DNA of 63,013 nucleotides, filler included, from Sphacelaria rigidula (GCA_964200075.2; 9 parts of 9 records of this genome joined end to end with filler, not necessarily neighbours in it); one strand, 5' to 3'; counted from the whole stretch's first letter, positions 12,954-26,451 are shown. Numbers and translations are program-made. Notes: a model not told the origin generated them from the sequence alone.

Positions 12954-13762
12954 ACGAGCAACGACTCGTGTGCTCGAGTCATTCGGTTTTTTTACATCAA
13001 GCGATGACTAATGTGCTCAAGTCGTTCAGTTTTTTCACGACGAGCAATGACTCGTGTGCTCGAGTCCTTACTTTTTTGTACAGCGAGCAATGACTCGTGT
13101 GCTCGCGTTATTGATATTTTCACAGCGAGCAATGACTCGCGTGCTCGAGTCGACACTTTCTACGATAGCCCCTCCTTAATGCGCGAGAGGACTGCGTGCT
13201 CAGAGGACCGCATCGGAATTTGAACATCCCTATGATGAGGGTGAGGGTCAGGGTGTGGGTCAGGGTTAGGGTCAGGGTTATGGTCAGAGGCGTGGTACCT
13301 GCAGGGACTGGCTCAATTGGTTTTGAAAAACATCGATGCCGAGGTGTTTTGAACTACCGCGCGCGGTCCTCTAAGCACGCGGTCCTCTCACGCATTACAC
13401 TCTCCACAAAAAGTAGCTGGTTTGGGGAGGCAAAATCTGCACGTGAATCGACCTGAAAAAGCTGTGCACAACGAGCATCTGGGAACTTCAACGCTTGAGT
13501 TCGTTTTCGCCTTTGTCGCCCTTATGAGGCGCTTCATGGAGCCTGGAACCAGACATCAGGCACTGTATGACCATTTTCTTCGTGACAGGTCAGGGCTGGT
13601 TTTGGGGAGGGCTATCGTAGAAAGTGTCAGCCATTAATTTATTGCAACGAGCAATCACTCGTGTGCATGCGTCATTTGCTTTTTTATTACAACGAGCAAT
13701 GACTCGTATGCTCGAGTCATTAATTTTTTTCACAACAAGCAATGACTTTAGTGCTCGCCCTA
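12954..13762 (+). repeat. Interrupted ~43-bp tandem array of ACGAGCAATGACTCGTGTGCTCGAGTC
   Basis: 5 units at 12954-13152 and 3 units at 13647-13762, split by other sequence including the MITE at 13177. Confidence 0.8.
13177..13400. mobile_element. Telomere-repeat MITE, copy 3
   Basis: TAATGCGCGAGAGGACTGCGTGCTCAGAGG ... CCTCTAAGCACGCGGTCCTCTCACGCATTACAC; degenerate TYAGGG tract. Confidence 0.75.
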
Positions 13763-13814
13763 TAAATGTACTAACCGAGAGATACTTTCCGCCGCTTTAG
13801 TAGAACTCTGATAT

Positions 13815-13845
<31 letters not shown>

Positions 13846-14169
13846 GGGGGGGAAAAAAAAGGAAAGGGGGTTTGTTTGGTGGTTGGGGTGTTAAAAATAA
13901 AAAAAATAGTTTAAATTTAAAATTTTNNNNNNNNNNNNNNNNNNNNNNNNNNNNNNNNNNNNNNNNNNNNTTAATTAATTAANNNNNNNNNNNNNNNNNN
14001 NNNNNNNNNNNNNNNNNNNNNNNNNNGTGTACGTCTCGTTCGCGCTGCTGTGACTACACTATACGTATTCCGCTTCGATGTGTGCATTTCCCTTCAAGTA
14101 GACCTATCTAAATCACCCTAGTGTAGGCTGCACTTCCCTTGAAGCAACTCAATCTCGGCTGCCATTCAT

Positions 14170-14900
14170 ATGCAAGATGCTTGGTATGCTTGGGCCCGAA
14201 CAATCATCAGGATGCAGCCCAACCCTCATGCGACTTTCCAAACACGTCACGGCGTTTCACGCTTGGCGATTGAGTGCGAGCCTGGTCCGGCGAAAACCCG
14301 GCGTGCTTCGTCCCGGCTTTGTGGGGTATGCGGGGTCAATGTTCTCATGACTACGGCGTGCAAGATGATGAGTACACCACCCCCCGTCCGGTTGAGGGCC
14401 GGCGTCGCTTCGAAACGGCGCTGTGAAACACACCACTTACTGCGGAAGCTAGGCAGTCAGGTTACCGGGGTTTCTTCGCACATTGTTTTGGGGTGCTGAC
14501 GATGATGGTGGTCGAGCTAGGTCGTTTTGTGCGGATGGAAAGCTCGACCTCTGCGTGAGGGGGATGATCGTACTACGTAGTGTTCAAATGGTGAGACACC
14601 GATGGTGCAGTGTGTAATCCGTGGCTGTCTCTGGAAGTGGCGATACCAGAAAATGAAGCAACTGATTCTAGGCTGCCGTTCATATGCAAAAGACGTGGTA
14701 CGCTTGAGGCCGAACAAGTCTTAGCTGGATACAGCTTACTCCTCGCGCGACTCGCCGAACACATCACATCGCTTTGTGCTGGGTGATATATATGCGGACA
14801 TGGTCCGGCGAAAACCGGGCGTGCTCCCTTCCCTCTTTGTAGGGATGAGAGGCCAATGGTCTCATGACTACGGCATGAAAGATCTTGAGTACACCCCTCG
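14170..14900 (+). repeat. Dispersed repeat, two tandem diverged units
   Basis: The TGGTCCGGCGAAAACC..CGTGCT...CTCATGACTACGGC..GAGTACACC core occurs at ~14283 and ~14801; homologues at ~20790-20920 and ~49950-50350. Confidence 0.65.
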
Positions 14901-15121
14901 CCCGTAACCCATCGGCCGTGGAATACGCCAGCCGACAACCGAGATATCGTCAAGTGATACCTGCATGGAAAAAATGCAGGTCAATGTTTTTGCCTGGTTC
15001 TATTCCCCCAGTCAGACCACTGCATGCTCGTTTTTCCTCTGTCCCTCCAAAGCGTTGCTGCTACGGTATTTTGGCCACCCTCACACACTCCTGCCCCCTT
15101 CCCCCTATTTCGTTGTTGTAG

Positions 15122-18100
15122 GCCCATCACCTAGCCCGCTCGCCGTCACCGCTGCCGCCACAATTGCCACCGCCCCCTGGAGACATCCATGACTACGCAC
15201 GCGGGGGTGTCGGCGGCAGGATAAACCCCAGAGATGGCGCAGCGGCGACTTCCGCCACGAGCATCGCTGTGGGGGGCTACGAGGGGGAGACTGCGGGTGA
15301 AGGATTGGCGGGATTCGGTGCCGGGGTGACGCGGGTGGCGAGAAAAGCGGGAGCTTTGATGAAGGACAGTTCACCGTCAAGGTACAGTCTCGAGGCTCTG
15401 GAGGTGGACCAGGCGCGGCTGCGGCAGTGGGTGAGTGTGCAAAAAACAAAAACGACCATTTTCCTTCTTATCTGTCTTTGATTGGTTGATTGCGGGGTTC
15501 TCGATGGACCCTACTGCCCTCCACACACATATACACATACACAAACACAAACATCTCACGTGCCAGCACATGGTGAAAAGTAAGAGAGTTCTCGAATGAT
15601 CTATGTAAGCCGATGGCAAGCGCAATCGTGGCCCCCGCCCTGCTCTTCCCACCCCACCCCGCCCCGCCCGCATTCTTTTGACCCCCTTACGACTCGTACG
15701 GTAGGCAGCCGCGAACGTGGTGCGATCTCGAGCTTTGGCCCGAGTGACCGACCCATCGGTGCGACCGCTCTTATTTTGTTCCGGCCCGCATCTCCCGAAC
15801 CGAGAGGAAACACTCAGCAGTTTTCTTCTGGGAGCGGATATCAGCAGCAGCGGCGGCGGCGGCAGCAGCAGCAGAGGAAGTATTTTGATGGTACGCGTTG
15901 TTGAGAGGTATACGGATAAAGAAGGTTGCGGTCGCTATCACTGGCGTAGTGGAGTGTGCTTTGGTTGGAAAAGAGCACCTTTTTTTTTTTTCCTTCTGGC
16001 GGCACAGTTGTGGTGGTACCGTGACGACTGCGGCGACTAGATCATGCAGCAAGACTGGGTGTTGGATCTTCGGAAAAAGTCAGGATTCCAGATGAAGGCG
16101 GATGCACAGTACCTGTGGGTTGAGCTGGTAAATCGCATTTTTGTGGTCAGGTCTCGAACGGTGACTTGATGGTATGATTATTTACTACTAATATTCATAT
16201 CATTATCGTTTGTATCGTGCCAGTGTGAATTTTTCCTGGGTCCGATTTCATCTTATGGTCTTCTTTCACCCTAGCTTGGGATAGTGAGTGTCTGACCACG
16301 GAAGGCGTCCGCATCAGATGCCCGCCCCGTACAGAGTACTGCGCAGGTATCGGAACGGTTTTTAATTTCAAGACAACAACAACAATTATGATGATGATTG
16401 TGATTGTGACCATGATTTGAATAATGAATATGATTATAGTTATGATTTTAATCATGACTATGGGTATGACTATGGTTATGATTATGATCATGTTTATGAG
16501 TTTGAGTTTGAGTTTGGTATTAATATTATGGCAGACTGCATTTGGAGCGGGGCAGATTTTCTCGGTAACTACCCATCAGATCGCTCCATTTCGCTTGGGA
16601 ATCGCCAGGGTTGTACTCTAAAACCTAGTTGCTCGCGCGGTCTAACTCGTAGCGCGTTCCAACCTAATACAGTATCATAGACAGTACAGTATTGTACACT
16701 GAACACAGTACAGTAGTACGGTACAGCACAGGCCCACAACGCACAGCGCCAGCAGGAGTGCCGCAGCAACGGACGGCGCGTTGTCCGCCTTACCGAAGAC
16801 AAAGCAGTCAACACACCCGTGAAGTTTTCAACAGTGAGGAGCCAGCACTGCGTGCAGTCCACCATTGTTTTCTGCAGAGACGAACACGAAGACAATATCG
16901 CAGCTCATGCAATCCAAGCAAACCGTCTTCGCAATGCGTGAACACGCCACAACAGTACAGGCAGGGGAAGCTCCAACACGTGAGACAGGGCTTGAGTGTT
17001 TTTGCTGCGGTACAGTAGTGAAACAGTACATGTCCTACATTGCAGTCCTCCGTCTGATTGCGGAGAGGTCTTCAATTTTGGGCAAGTGCAGAGTTCGAAC
17101 ACTCGGCCATAGTCGCGTTTCTTTCAATTCACTTTGGGTTATTATACAATAGTAGTCAGCATCAGAAGTTTTGCAGAATTCGTAGTTGTTGTAGTTCTTG
17201 AGTTTTCCTCGAGTGTTATTCTTCATCACTACTTGAGAGTGCTAGCGCCGGTAGATTTAGGGGGGAAGCGTAGGTCGCGCTCAAATTGCAGTGCCCAAGT
17301 TGGTGTTTTTGGGGCGATACGGACTAGATACCCCGTTTATCAGGAGGGTGTTACTGACCGTTTTGGGGGCCAATGAAAACAGTTTTCCGGCTCTTCCGCA
17401 ACGAAACGGTATATATTCCGATAAACGGATACGTATGCAATTATTCACAATAACGATCGAGATCATGTTCCCTTCCTATACTGCACAGACCTCAGTCAAA
17501 CATTTTCTGTGGATGGCCTCTTTTCGGGGCTTTAGCGCAGTGGATAGGTGGAATTTCCAAAAAATAATCCTTTTTGAGTCTTCACTTAAATGATCGGGAT
17601 CGATTCGGTCCACCGAAAATACCGATAAGGTAGAACCTGGGGCTGCACTTTCGCAGGACCCTCGAAGATCGGTCAAGCCCGTAAGTCACTCAATATTGAT
17701 CGCGGATATTTTATATTTCAATATTTGTCAAGAGGATAAAAATATCTCCAGATGCCCGTTGTATGGCATCCAACAGTCCTGTGATGAGCGGTGGCAAGCG
17801 AAACAAATTTGAAAACTCTTTGAGAAACTAAGAAATTACGAATTCTGCATACTTCTGACGCTGACTACTGTACCCTAATATGTGTGTGGGAGGTTCGGCT
17901 TGTGATGCGGGCTTCACCCACCAATTTAATCAAGCAGATTCTGTCCCGGTACATCTTCATTTTGCCATGATTATCTCTGGAATAAGCTGCGGCTTTCGGT
18001 GCTGCAGCAAATGACTCTTGGTCACGACACCCCCCAGGTTCTGTCGCTACTCCAATCAATCCCAGCAGCCATCAAGTCTTGTTAACGCGTTTAATCGTAG

Positions 18101-19353
18101 AGCATGCCTGCTGCAGTAGCATACACGTGCGTACAGTCTGCGTAGGCGGCGTAGGGCAAGACCCGTGCAGAGAAATCGTCTTTTTTTCTGAGTAAATTTC
18201 TTCCAGTGTTGTATTCTGATTAGATGGGGTATACTCGGAAGTGGGAGAGATTTTTGACTGGCGTACCAAGTCATACCGAAAAGTGTACCGACCATCCCAC
18301 GATGGTCCGTCAGGGTATCGAACCCTGTTCCAAACAATCCGGTATGGTTTGGCAGGGTGTATACCGAAAAAATAACAATTTTACCCTTCTCTGAATACCC
18401 CATGTTTACTCTTAGCCTGTATGGTATATCCTGAAGAACAAAACCTTGGATTTTTCCGTTGTCGTGCCAGTCGTCTATAACTCGAATATGTTTTCTCCCT
18501 CATTTGGTTAATCGTTGAGAGCGCCCCCCTCCCTCTCCCTTCCGCACTTCCCCACAAACGCTCGCTTGCTTCCGTGTACGCATTCTGTTTTCTGCCTTCT
18601 CTTGACAAAATCAGCAAGTAAGAAGCAGTTTCATGCCTACTCCTCGGCGATGTGTCGCCGCGTTCATGCGCGACCGTCAGTGGTTGGTGACCATCGCAAG
18701 ATTCATGGCCAGACCCAGGGAGTACGAGAAGAGGCGAGAGGCCGCCACCCGAGCGTTCACCCCGCAGAAATTCCGCCAAGAGTGGGAATTGTTCTGGGAG
18801 CTGTTGGACCCTGTCTTCGACGCCCTCGACACCCAAGTCACGGTAAGTGTTCACCTGTAGGACGGCCGTCGGAGCGGGAGAGGGAGCGGTGGCGGCGGTG
18901 ACGGTGGCGGCGTGTATCGTGTGCTACTCCATGTGCTCGCTAAACATCGTGGACCCCACGACCCCTCACCCGCCTTGCTCCCCCCTCCTCCCTCTCCCCA
19001 CAGCTCCGACATGGAGGCAGAATTTATTATTCAGCAATATAGGAATGTACTAAGCCCGCAAGCGGATTATTCAAGGCAGTGTGTCGGCCCGACTTTGGGG
19101 CATGAGCTGCAGGTGGGCAGGTAGCAGCGGTCTAACTTCGATACCCTTTTTCCATCCTCCTACCCTCTCACACACCTTCCGCATTGCTTGCCACCCTCGG
19201 TCCGGTCTCCGTTTTGTCACCAGGAGCTGTTGGCGTGGAAGCGACCCCTGCGGAGTGTGACGGTGATGGTCGCGCTGTTGCTCGTGGCGTACTACGATCT
19301 CATCCGCTACGCTATCCCGCTCATGCTCCTTGGCAACGTGGCATATATCTACG
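15122..19353 (+). CDS. Partial multi-exon gene, membrane protein with MCTP/GRAMD4/Pex30-like (reticulon-type) region
   Basis: Exons 15122-15430 (tag/gtgagt), 18615-18842 (cag/gtaagt) and 19224-19353 (cag/gtaatg) join in phase 0: ...RLRQW|QVRSSF...RAFTPQKFRQEWELFWELLDPVFDALDTQVT|ELLAWKRPLRSVTVMVALLLVAYYDLIRYAIPLMLLGNVAYIY. An amphipathic helix, an LLxWxxP motif and a hydrophobic hairpin resemble those families. The family call is inference. Confidence 0.7.
17150..17870. mobile_element. Tc1/mariner/pogo-type MITE, intronic
   Basis: TIR (C)AGTAGTCAGCATCAGAAGTTTTGCAGAATTCGTA / TACGAATTCTGCATACTTCTGACGCTGACTACTG|TA. Confidence 0.75.
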
Positions 19354-20267
19354 GTAATGAGCACACGTGTGCATGTGTCGTCTGTGATTCGTTTCGGGAT
19401 TCGGGTACAAGTGTGGGTGCGCGTACTCAGGACTGGTTTTGACTGTCGAGTGTTCGTTTTTCTTGCCGCACTCACGATGCGTTACAAAGGGCATGCTGCT
19501 GTAGGTTGTGCTTGTGTTCCACGATTCTCCTGTTGCAACCCTTAGCTGCTCCTGTAAAAAAAAACAAAAATCACGCAAGTTTGGAACAGGCAAGCGGAGC
19601 CAAGAAACCATGTTCAGAGCCGCCAACGAAGGAATCGTCGGAGCTCTGTCATGGCTTACCGTGTGTAGGCCGGCCGGGCCGGTGGTGTCTCAGTCCTGCC
19701 GTATCCGCGGATTTGACATGCTCCACGTATCCGTTCCCTCGCCCAGGTCGTACTCCAGCTGTCAACAATTCTGCACGCTGGGGAGACATACTTTCGCAAC
19801 CGTTGGTCTGAGAGAGCCAGTGGGGTTAGCATGTCGATTAATGAAACCAACCAGCGATGCTGTGCCACGACGGGAAAATGATCCTTTTTTTTTCGAAATC
19901 GCCGATCTGCGTAAAAGCCCTTTGGGTTGGGCAGCCGTTTGATCTATGTAAACGAGCTGAGCAGATCAAACCCTCACGGTACCGGTGTCGACGCTTCTTG
20001 TTATTGCGTTACTGTACAACACAGTGGTCGGCGCAGCCGATGCTGGCCGGGGAGGAGGTGTTGCGCTGTTGCGCCGCGGAATAGGGTCCCCCAGCGGAAG
20101 TCCTGCTCTACCGCCGGTTGCGAGACGGGGTCACGTGCGCCATCCGAGGTGACCTTCGCGATTGCGTAGCAATATTTGAGATAATACAGAAATTTTCGTC
20201 GACGTTTGGACAACAAACGTGAAAAGGTATGAAATGATCTAGTTTTTCTACGCGTAGTCAGTTTGTT

Positions 20268-20641
20268 GCCGGCCGCCTCGGTGGGTCAGTTGGTAACCTC
20301 AAAACCTTCTGGTGGTTGGGTCGTAGGTTCCACTCTCGGAGCGATCTGGGATTTTTTCTCACACAATGCCTGCCCAACAGTGGAGAGCGACTAGATCATG
20401 GGTACAAAAAGTTCGACTTCATGGTCGGCGAGGGAAAGGGATTGCTGAACCCCTCTCGCGATAAAAATAAAAGACAAGCGCCGCAGAAGGAAGGTGGAGA
20501 ACTGAAACAAACAAAAAGAAAAAAAAAGCTCCTGTATTGGCCTTCCTCCTGTGTGACCCCGGCTGGTGCGTCCACATATACCGAAAGGTGTAGACCGACG
20601 TCCAGAATAGATGGGACCACAACACACAACACACACAGCAC
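20268..20641 (+). mobile_element. tRNA-derived SINE family 1, full length
   Basis: GCCGGCCGCCTCGGTGGGTCAGTTGG head, degenerate B box, body and tail colinear with 61037-61399. Confidence 0.8.
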
Positions 20642-21676
20642 AGTTAGTTTACGGAGTCGGAATTTTCTAACACTGCCGTGTTATATTTATTTATTCCTCT
20701 TTTGCTTCATGTATAGAGAGAGCACGTACAGTAGTGCGAGCCAGCATCATCCCACCTCCATCTACAGTGCGGCACATTAACCGCCACTCTTCACCAGAGC
20801 GAAACGGTTGAGATTCTTGATGCTCGACATGCCATGCTTCGTCGTGGGTCTGATTACCCCCCCCCCCGTTAGCCTGGTCCGTCGAAAACCCGGCGTGCTC
20901 CGTCCCGCCTTTGTAGGGGCGGATCCCCGATGGGGTTGGNNNNNNNNNNNNNNNNNNNNNNNNNNNNNNNNNNNNNNNNNNNNTTAATTAATTAANNNNN
21001 NNNNNNNNNNNNNNNNNNNNNNNNNNNNNNNNNNNNNNNCGTCTGTGTCGATGAGATATTGCTTTTAGAGCTTGAATCCGTTTTTAGGCTGGCCCAGCTC
21101 GTACGTGCTCTCTGAATACGCCTTTCTCACAATCCCAGCGGTTGGGCAGGAATCGAACATATCCGTACCGCACGTCCAGCATTGCCTTTGCCCCACTCCC
21201 CCTGGCGGATGGTAGTGCAGCCGCGGGCTTGTCTTCGAGTGCTCGATGACAGTCCCAACTGAAACTTCGAGTAGATAAAGAGGGGTGACGGATAACACCG
21301 CGCGGTTTCTTGTCCTGCCTTCTCCATGAGCAACCCTCAGAGGTCCACCGTCGACGCTCCGTCCCACAATGCATCGCGGGAGTTGAACACAGACAAGCAA
21401 TACCGTATGTCCACCGTATGACCAGCGGTTGTGGAATTCACATGACGCTTCACCGCCGCATGCACCACAGTGCATACCTATCGTCGACAGACTGCTGTAC
21501 CACTGCGTGCAAACTGCCTCTTACATCAAATGTAGGCAACACAGCACTGTCTGTACTGCACGGTGTTCATACATGCAATACATGGCTGCACATATCACAC
21601 GGGGCACACGGGTAAAACATTGTACCCAAACGAAGGCCGCCACCCCGAACGGTTAATGATCTACCCTGCTGTAAAT

Positions 21677-23198
21677 CACACAACGTCGGACGGATCACTT
21701 TCTATAGGACGCAGGCCATACAGCTTAAGTGTGAACACACCTGTGTACCCGATTCGGGTGATACAGAGCAACTAGTCATGAGACGGTCCTCGTGATCCGG
21801 ATATCATTGATCAGGAGGGAGGTATCTTGTGCGGGTTATAAGCATACGCAAGTTCTTCTTGACGTTTTGTGTACACCTAATTCGGATTACATAGGTGTGC
21901 CCAAGGAGATGATGTACGGATACTCGGGTCATACAGATCATCAGACACATCGTACATGGATCACACAGATCACACAGATCATCATCAGACGAATACATAT
22001 GAATCGCACTTGTAATTCAGGTCAGGTGAGCAATTCTGAATACTGGTTATTGTCTGCTTCATCCCACACGTCGGACGGATCAGCTCGTGACATATCCGGG
22101 TCAGGTCATTTGGGGCATTGATCATGATCCGTCCGAGGTGAGCTGTCACCCGTACACGTTTGCCCAATGCTGATCCGTACGACCCGCTTGACCCGTACAT
22201 GTTTGCCGAGGGACAGGCTGTACGACCCGCTTCACACACACACTTTCGTGTACAACTGATCTGCAGACCCGTGTCATCTGTACAACATCACAAAAATGTC
22301 AATTATGTCACTTGGGTTAGGCAAGCGCAGTAGCTTGTCGTCGACCCGTGCGATTTGAATCACATGTACACCAAAAGCTACCCCTTACCTGTGGAATCCG
22401 AATCTATCATAGTCCAGTATACAACAAACCCTTTCAAGCACCCGTGAAATCCGGATCAAGTATGCAAGAAATCAGTATTCAGCTCCCTCACCTGTTAACC
22501 TGTATGGCCCGGGTACAATGCATGTTCACAAGCCCGTACGTCGGTTGTGGCAACCCGGGCATATGAAACATGAAGTACGTATATTCTATTCCGAGTGGTT
22601 GCACGATGGGGGTGCATATTTTTTCCAAAGATGTGCACTATCGGCGCATCCGAATGAATTTTACAATAAACAGTATGACCCGGTTACAATGCATGTTCAC
22701 AAGTCCGGATGTTGGCTGTAGCAAGCCGGGCATATGGAACATGAAGTACGTATATTTTATTCCGAGTGGTTCCACGGTAGGACTGCATATTTTCTATGAA
22801 GATGTGCACTGTCGGCGCAATGGATGAAGTATACAATAAACAGTTTTCAGCATTCCTCACCTGACCTGTACTACCCGCGCAATTCGTACATATCCGTCTG
22901 ATGATGATCTGTATGACCCGTGTGATTCGTACATATATGTCTGATGATCTGTATTACCCGAGTATCCGTACATTACCTCCTTGAGCACACCTATGTGATC
23001 CGAATCAGGTGTACACGCAACGTGGAGAAGAACCTGTGTATGCTCATAACCCGTTCGAGATACCTCCCTCCTGATCGATGATATCCGGATCACGAGGACC
23101 GTTCCATAACTACTTTCACTGTCTGCATCACCCGAACAGTGTTTACACTTTAGCTGTATGACCTGCGTCCTATAGAAAGTGATCCGTCCGACGTGTGG
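21677..23198. mobile_element. Foldback-type element with ~370-bp inverted arms and an internal 171-bp tandem duplication
   Basis: 21677-22050 is the reverse complement of 22840-23198; terminal motif CACACGTCGGACGGATCA (third copy at ~22063); 22503-22673 is duplicated at 22674-22843. Confidence 0.7.
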
Positions 23199-24360
23199 AG
23201 GGATAATGTCACTTCGACGTTGCTAAAACAGAAGTAGCTGGCGCGTGACAGTTTGCCATTGAATCTAAGTGAAGTACTGGACGGGTAAGCCCGAATAAAC
23301 TGCACAAAAAATGAGAGTGCCTGTCATATCCGTACATTATGCTCTGGCTCTGTGGTCATGATTGCATCTTGACTCGGCGTCTGTGCGGTTCGTAGGAAAC
23401 GTCCAACTTTCTCTAGCTGGCTGTACTGTGCTGTCGGTGCTGTAGAGTATTCACCGTCGCCATTATCCATGCTGTCTAGGAGACCCCTCCCCCCTCACCT
23501 GGCAACTGGGGTACCCGCTCTCCAGGCCTCGCCCAAAATGAAACAAGCGTGTCCAAGGTATTGGCTTTTGGCCTGCAGTTGCTGAAGCCTTTCATTGTAC
23601 AGTACATACTGTCGTCATTATCCGTGGTATATGAAGGAACCCCACCTGAACACAGGCGTGCGGCAACCATACCTTGTCCAGAGTGAGCTTTCTCTAGAAT
23701 CGGGATAGTGGCGCCTGGCCTGTCGCTGGCAGGGTCCGTTTCTCTGCTTTCGAAATATGGGCCGCAATCGCCCGCTCGTTCATGATACGGTACCGCTGCT
23801 CTCAGAAACTCCAGGAACAACGCGTGGTGTTATTTCGCAAGACTATGCTTTGATATGCTGTAGCTGCAAGCGGTACAGTTATTCTGTCCCATAAGTAGAG
23901 TCAGGTATGTGTATACAACCTCTGTCCCCTAAGTCTGGTCGGTTATGTTTGTACAAGCCCTTACCGGTGTTCGATCTGATTTTCGATGTTTTCCCCCGAC
24001 TTCTCGGCTATTTCTCAAGTTGGAAGCATAGCGTTTATTTTTGCAGCTCGCTGTTGAACTATGCGGCCCAACAGCCGCAAAAAAATCAGTCAGCCCAAAA
24101 ATGACCCTGTTTCTTCCCTTTCTCAGGGGAAAAAAAAATGCCAGAAAAAATAACTGGTCGGCCGAGGAAATTCCTGGTCGCCTCGTCCACCTGATCGCAG
24201 ATCACGTCGATTCGGTGAAGCTTCTGAGCAGAGGCAAGGGAAGGTTTGATGCGGCGAGCCACCTTTGCCGCTCCTTCTTTTTTAACCACCGCCGCATGGT
24301 CTCTGTACCATAATCCAGCCCGATGTCTTTCAGCTGATCGGACACCTGCCGGAGCGTTAT

Positions 24361-25975
24361 CCCTTTTGGAAAGCCCCCCTCCTGTCCCCTGGCCAAACGC
24401 CTTATTGTGAGAAGCCCTGAAGACGAGGAAAACATGGAAACAGAATAGGCCGACGGCAACCATTTTTATAATGGATGACCGGAGAAGAATGTCCTCCCTG
24501 GACAATTTGGGTAAGGTTTGTCCAATCATACCACGCAACGGGTGAAGTGTGTCCAATTGTATCCATCGACAATAATCAGCAAAACCACTACGAAACATTC
24601 CAATAAAAAAGCAGCAATGGGCTCCAGGGTCCAATCAGGCGCGTTTGTATATTATCATTTGTAGATAAGCTAAGTATCCTGAACAACAGAATACACTGTC
24701 AAAACGTTCACTGTGTACAGTATTGACTATTGCGCCTATTGATGCAGACAACAGATTCCATACTGTACGGGCTGCAGCATCGGGTGGCGAGTTTACCAAG
24801 CCACACCGTACATACAGCATAGTATGGCTGAACCCAGCGAAATCTCGTCACCAAATGTGAAGGGCACAGTGGGTTGTGCGGGCGTTACATGGCGGGCGTA
24901 ATCGCAGGCATCCGCACAGCCGATATCATGCACACGGGAGGGAGCCAACGGGCACCGCCTACCGTAATCAGGCCAGATGAAAAACACTACAGTCAGTAAA
25001 TACAGTAGTTTACAGTATTGCCTTACGGCTACACTCCGTGCAAGATAAATATAAGCATGTGAAAAGTCAGCCACGAGAGTAGACGGCACGGGACAATAGC
25101 GGTAGCCGGCGTCATGAATCTCATGCAGCATGAAGTATGTCGGTTCAACGGTCGGGAACGATCAACCCGCGGTATAGATGTGGTGCGGCAACTGTGCCTT
25201 TCGCTACGCCGTTGTGTAATAGTCAACCCGCAGTATGATACTGTCGGCACGTGCTTGGCAGAGCGCAGTTCTGTGCATGCCTCGCGTTTTACAGAGATGT
25301 TTCAAAGTACGATATATTTTCAAAATATAATACAGACATAATACGAAGCAGCAAGGCATCACACCTGGGGCGACGGCACTTGGCAGACTCTACACCACAG
25401 TGACGGTGCATAACTGCAGGGCACATGGCGTCTGCGTCGCCTTTACGCATTTTTACAAACGGCAGGATGGTACTGTTGGAACGTGCATGTTGTGCATGAC
25501 GTGAGTCTGCAGTCGAGGTTACCCCAAACTGCTGTAAACACACTCAGTACTATACAGGGCAGTATCGCAGCACCCCCGGCGATATGTAAAGGTAACTGCC
25601 TGGGATTGTATTACACTGCCAGTTCATAAATATGGTGAATGTGTCATCGGCGTTGCCCTTGTTGCTATGACGCTGCGAAGAGTATAAACTGCAGCGGAAA
25701 GGGCGTGCAGGTCAGGCGGGAAGCATGCTTCACAGAGGCTTGCCGCGCACTGTGGAAAGAGCTCATGAGTGTAGAATAAAGACGCCGACGGGTTCTGGAC
25801 CTCGCCGCGGCAAGAAAAGAGGGAGCCTCCTCCTGTTCCACTTGTCACTCGCACGGGTCTGAAAAATACGCGTTGGGCCGAAACTGTTGCGTCTACGCTG
25901 TAAACCATCAACCATATCTTGCTCAGAAACCGTCAGTTGCAAATGATCAATTTTCCATCGTGAGTTCCAAAAGGG
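24361..25975. mobile_element. piggyBac-like non-autonomous element inserted in the mariner transposase
   Basis: TTAT|CCCTTTTGGAA ... TTCCAAAAGGG|TTAA; both ends are homologous to 40786-41449. Confidence 0.8.
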
Positions 25976-26451
25976 TTAATGACCGATCCTGCTTGTAAAC
26001 GTTCTTCAGCGCCGCAACCTTTGTTGGCGTGAGGAGCGACGGGCGTCCAGTCCTTGTGTTGCTCGAAAGGTCGACCTCCTGGGTAGCGTCGATCTGGGCT
26101 TTGGCGTTTTTCCACAATTTCGCCGGGTACTCGAGACCAACACCGTAGCGTTCGCATATTGGCCCCAGCGAGCCCTTGGGCACCTTCACCTTGCCCAGTG
26201 GAATAGCAAGCGCAACCTCCATCGCAATCGCATAGCGGCGACCCAAATATAGCTGGCCCCCCTTTCGGCGAGTGGAGGGGGGTACTCTGGGGTAAGTCTA
26301 TCGTATTGTGATGTCTGTGGGCTGGGTGTGGAATGTTAAAGACGAATTCTCAATATGATTCTCAAAACAAATCCCACAAGAATTCCGAAAAAAATGCCAA
26401 AATGGCGTATATTGTGACCTGTTTTTTTTTTCTTTCATAAGCTTCGTATGC

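Noticed and set aside
16380-16530. Hydrophobic or repetitive ORFs (MIIIITIV..., YDYGYD...)
   Set aside because: Translation of an intronic ATGATT-type microsatellite.
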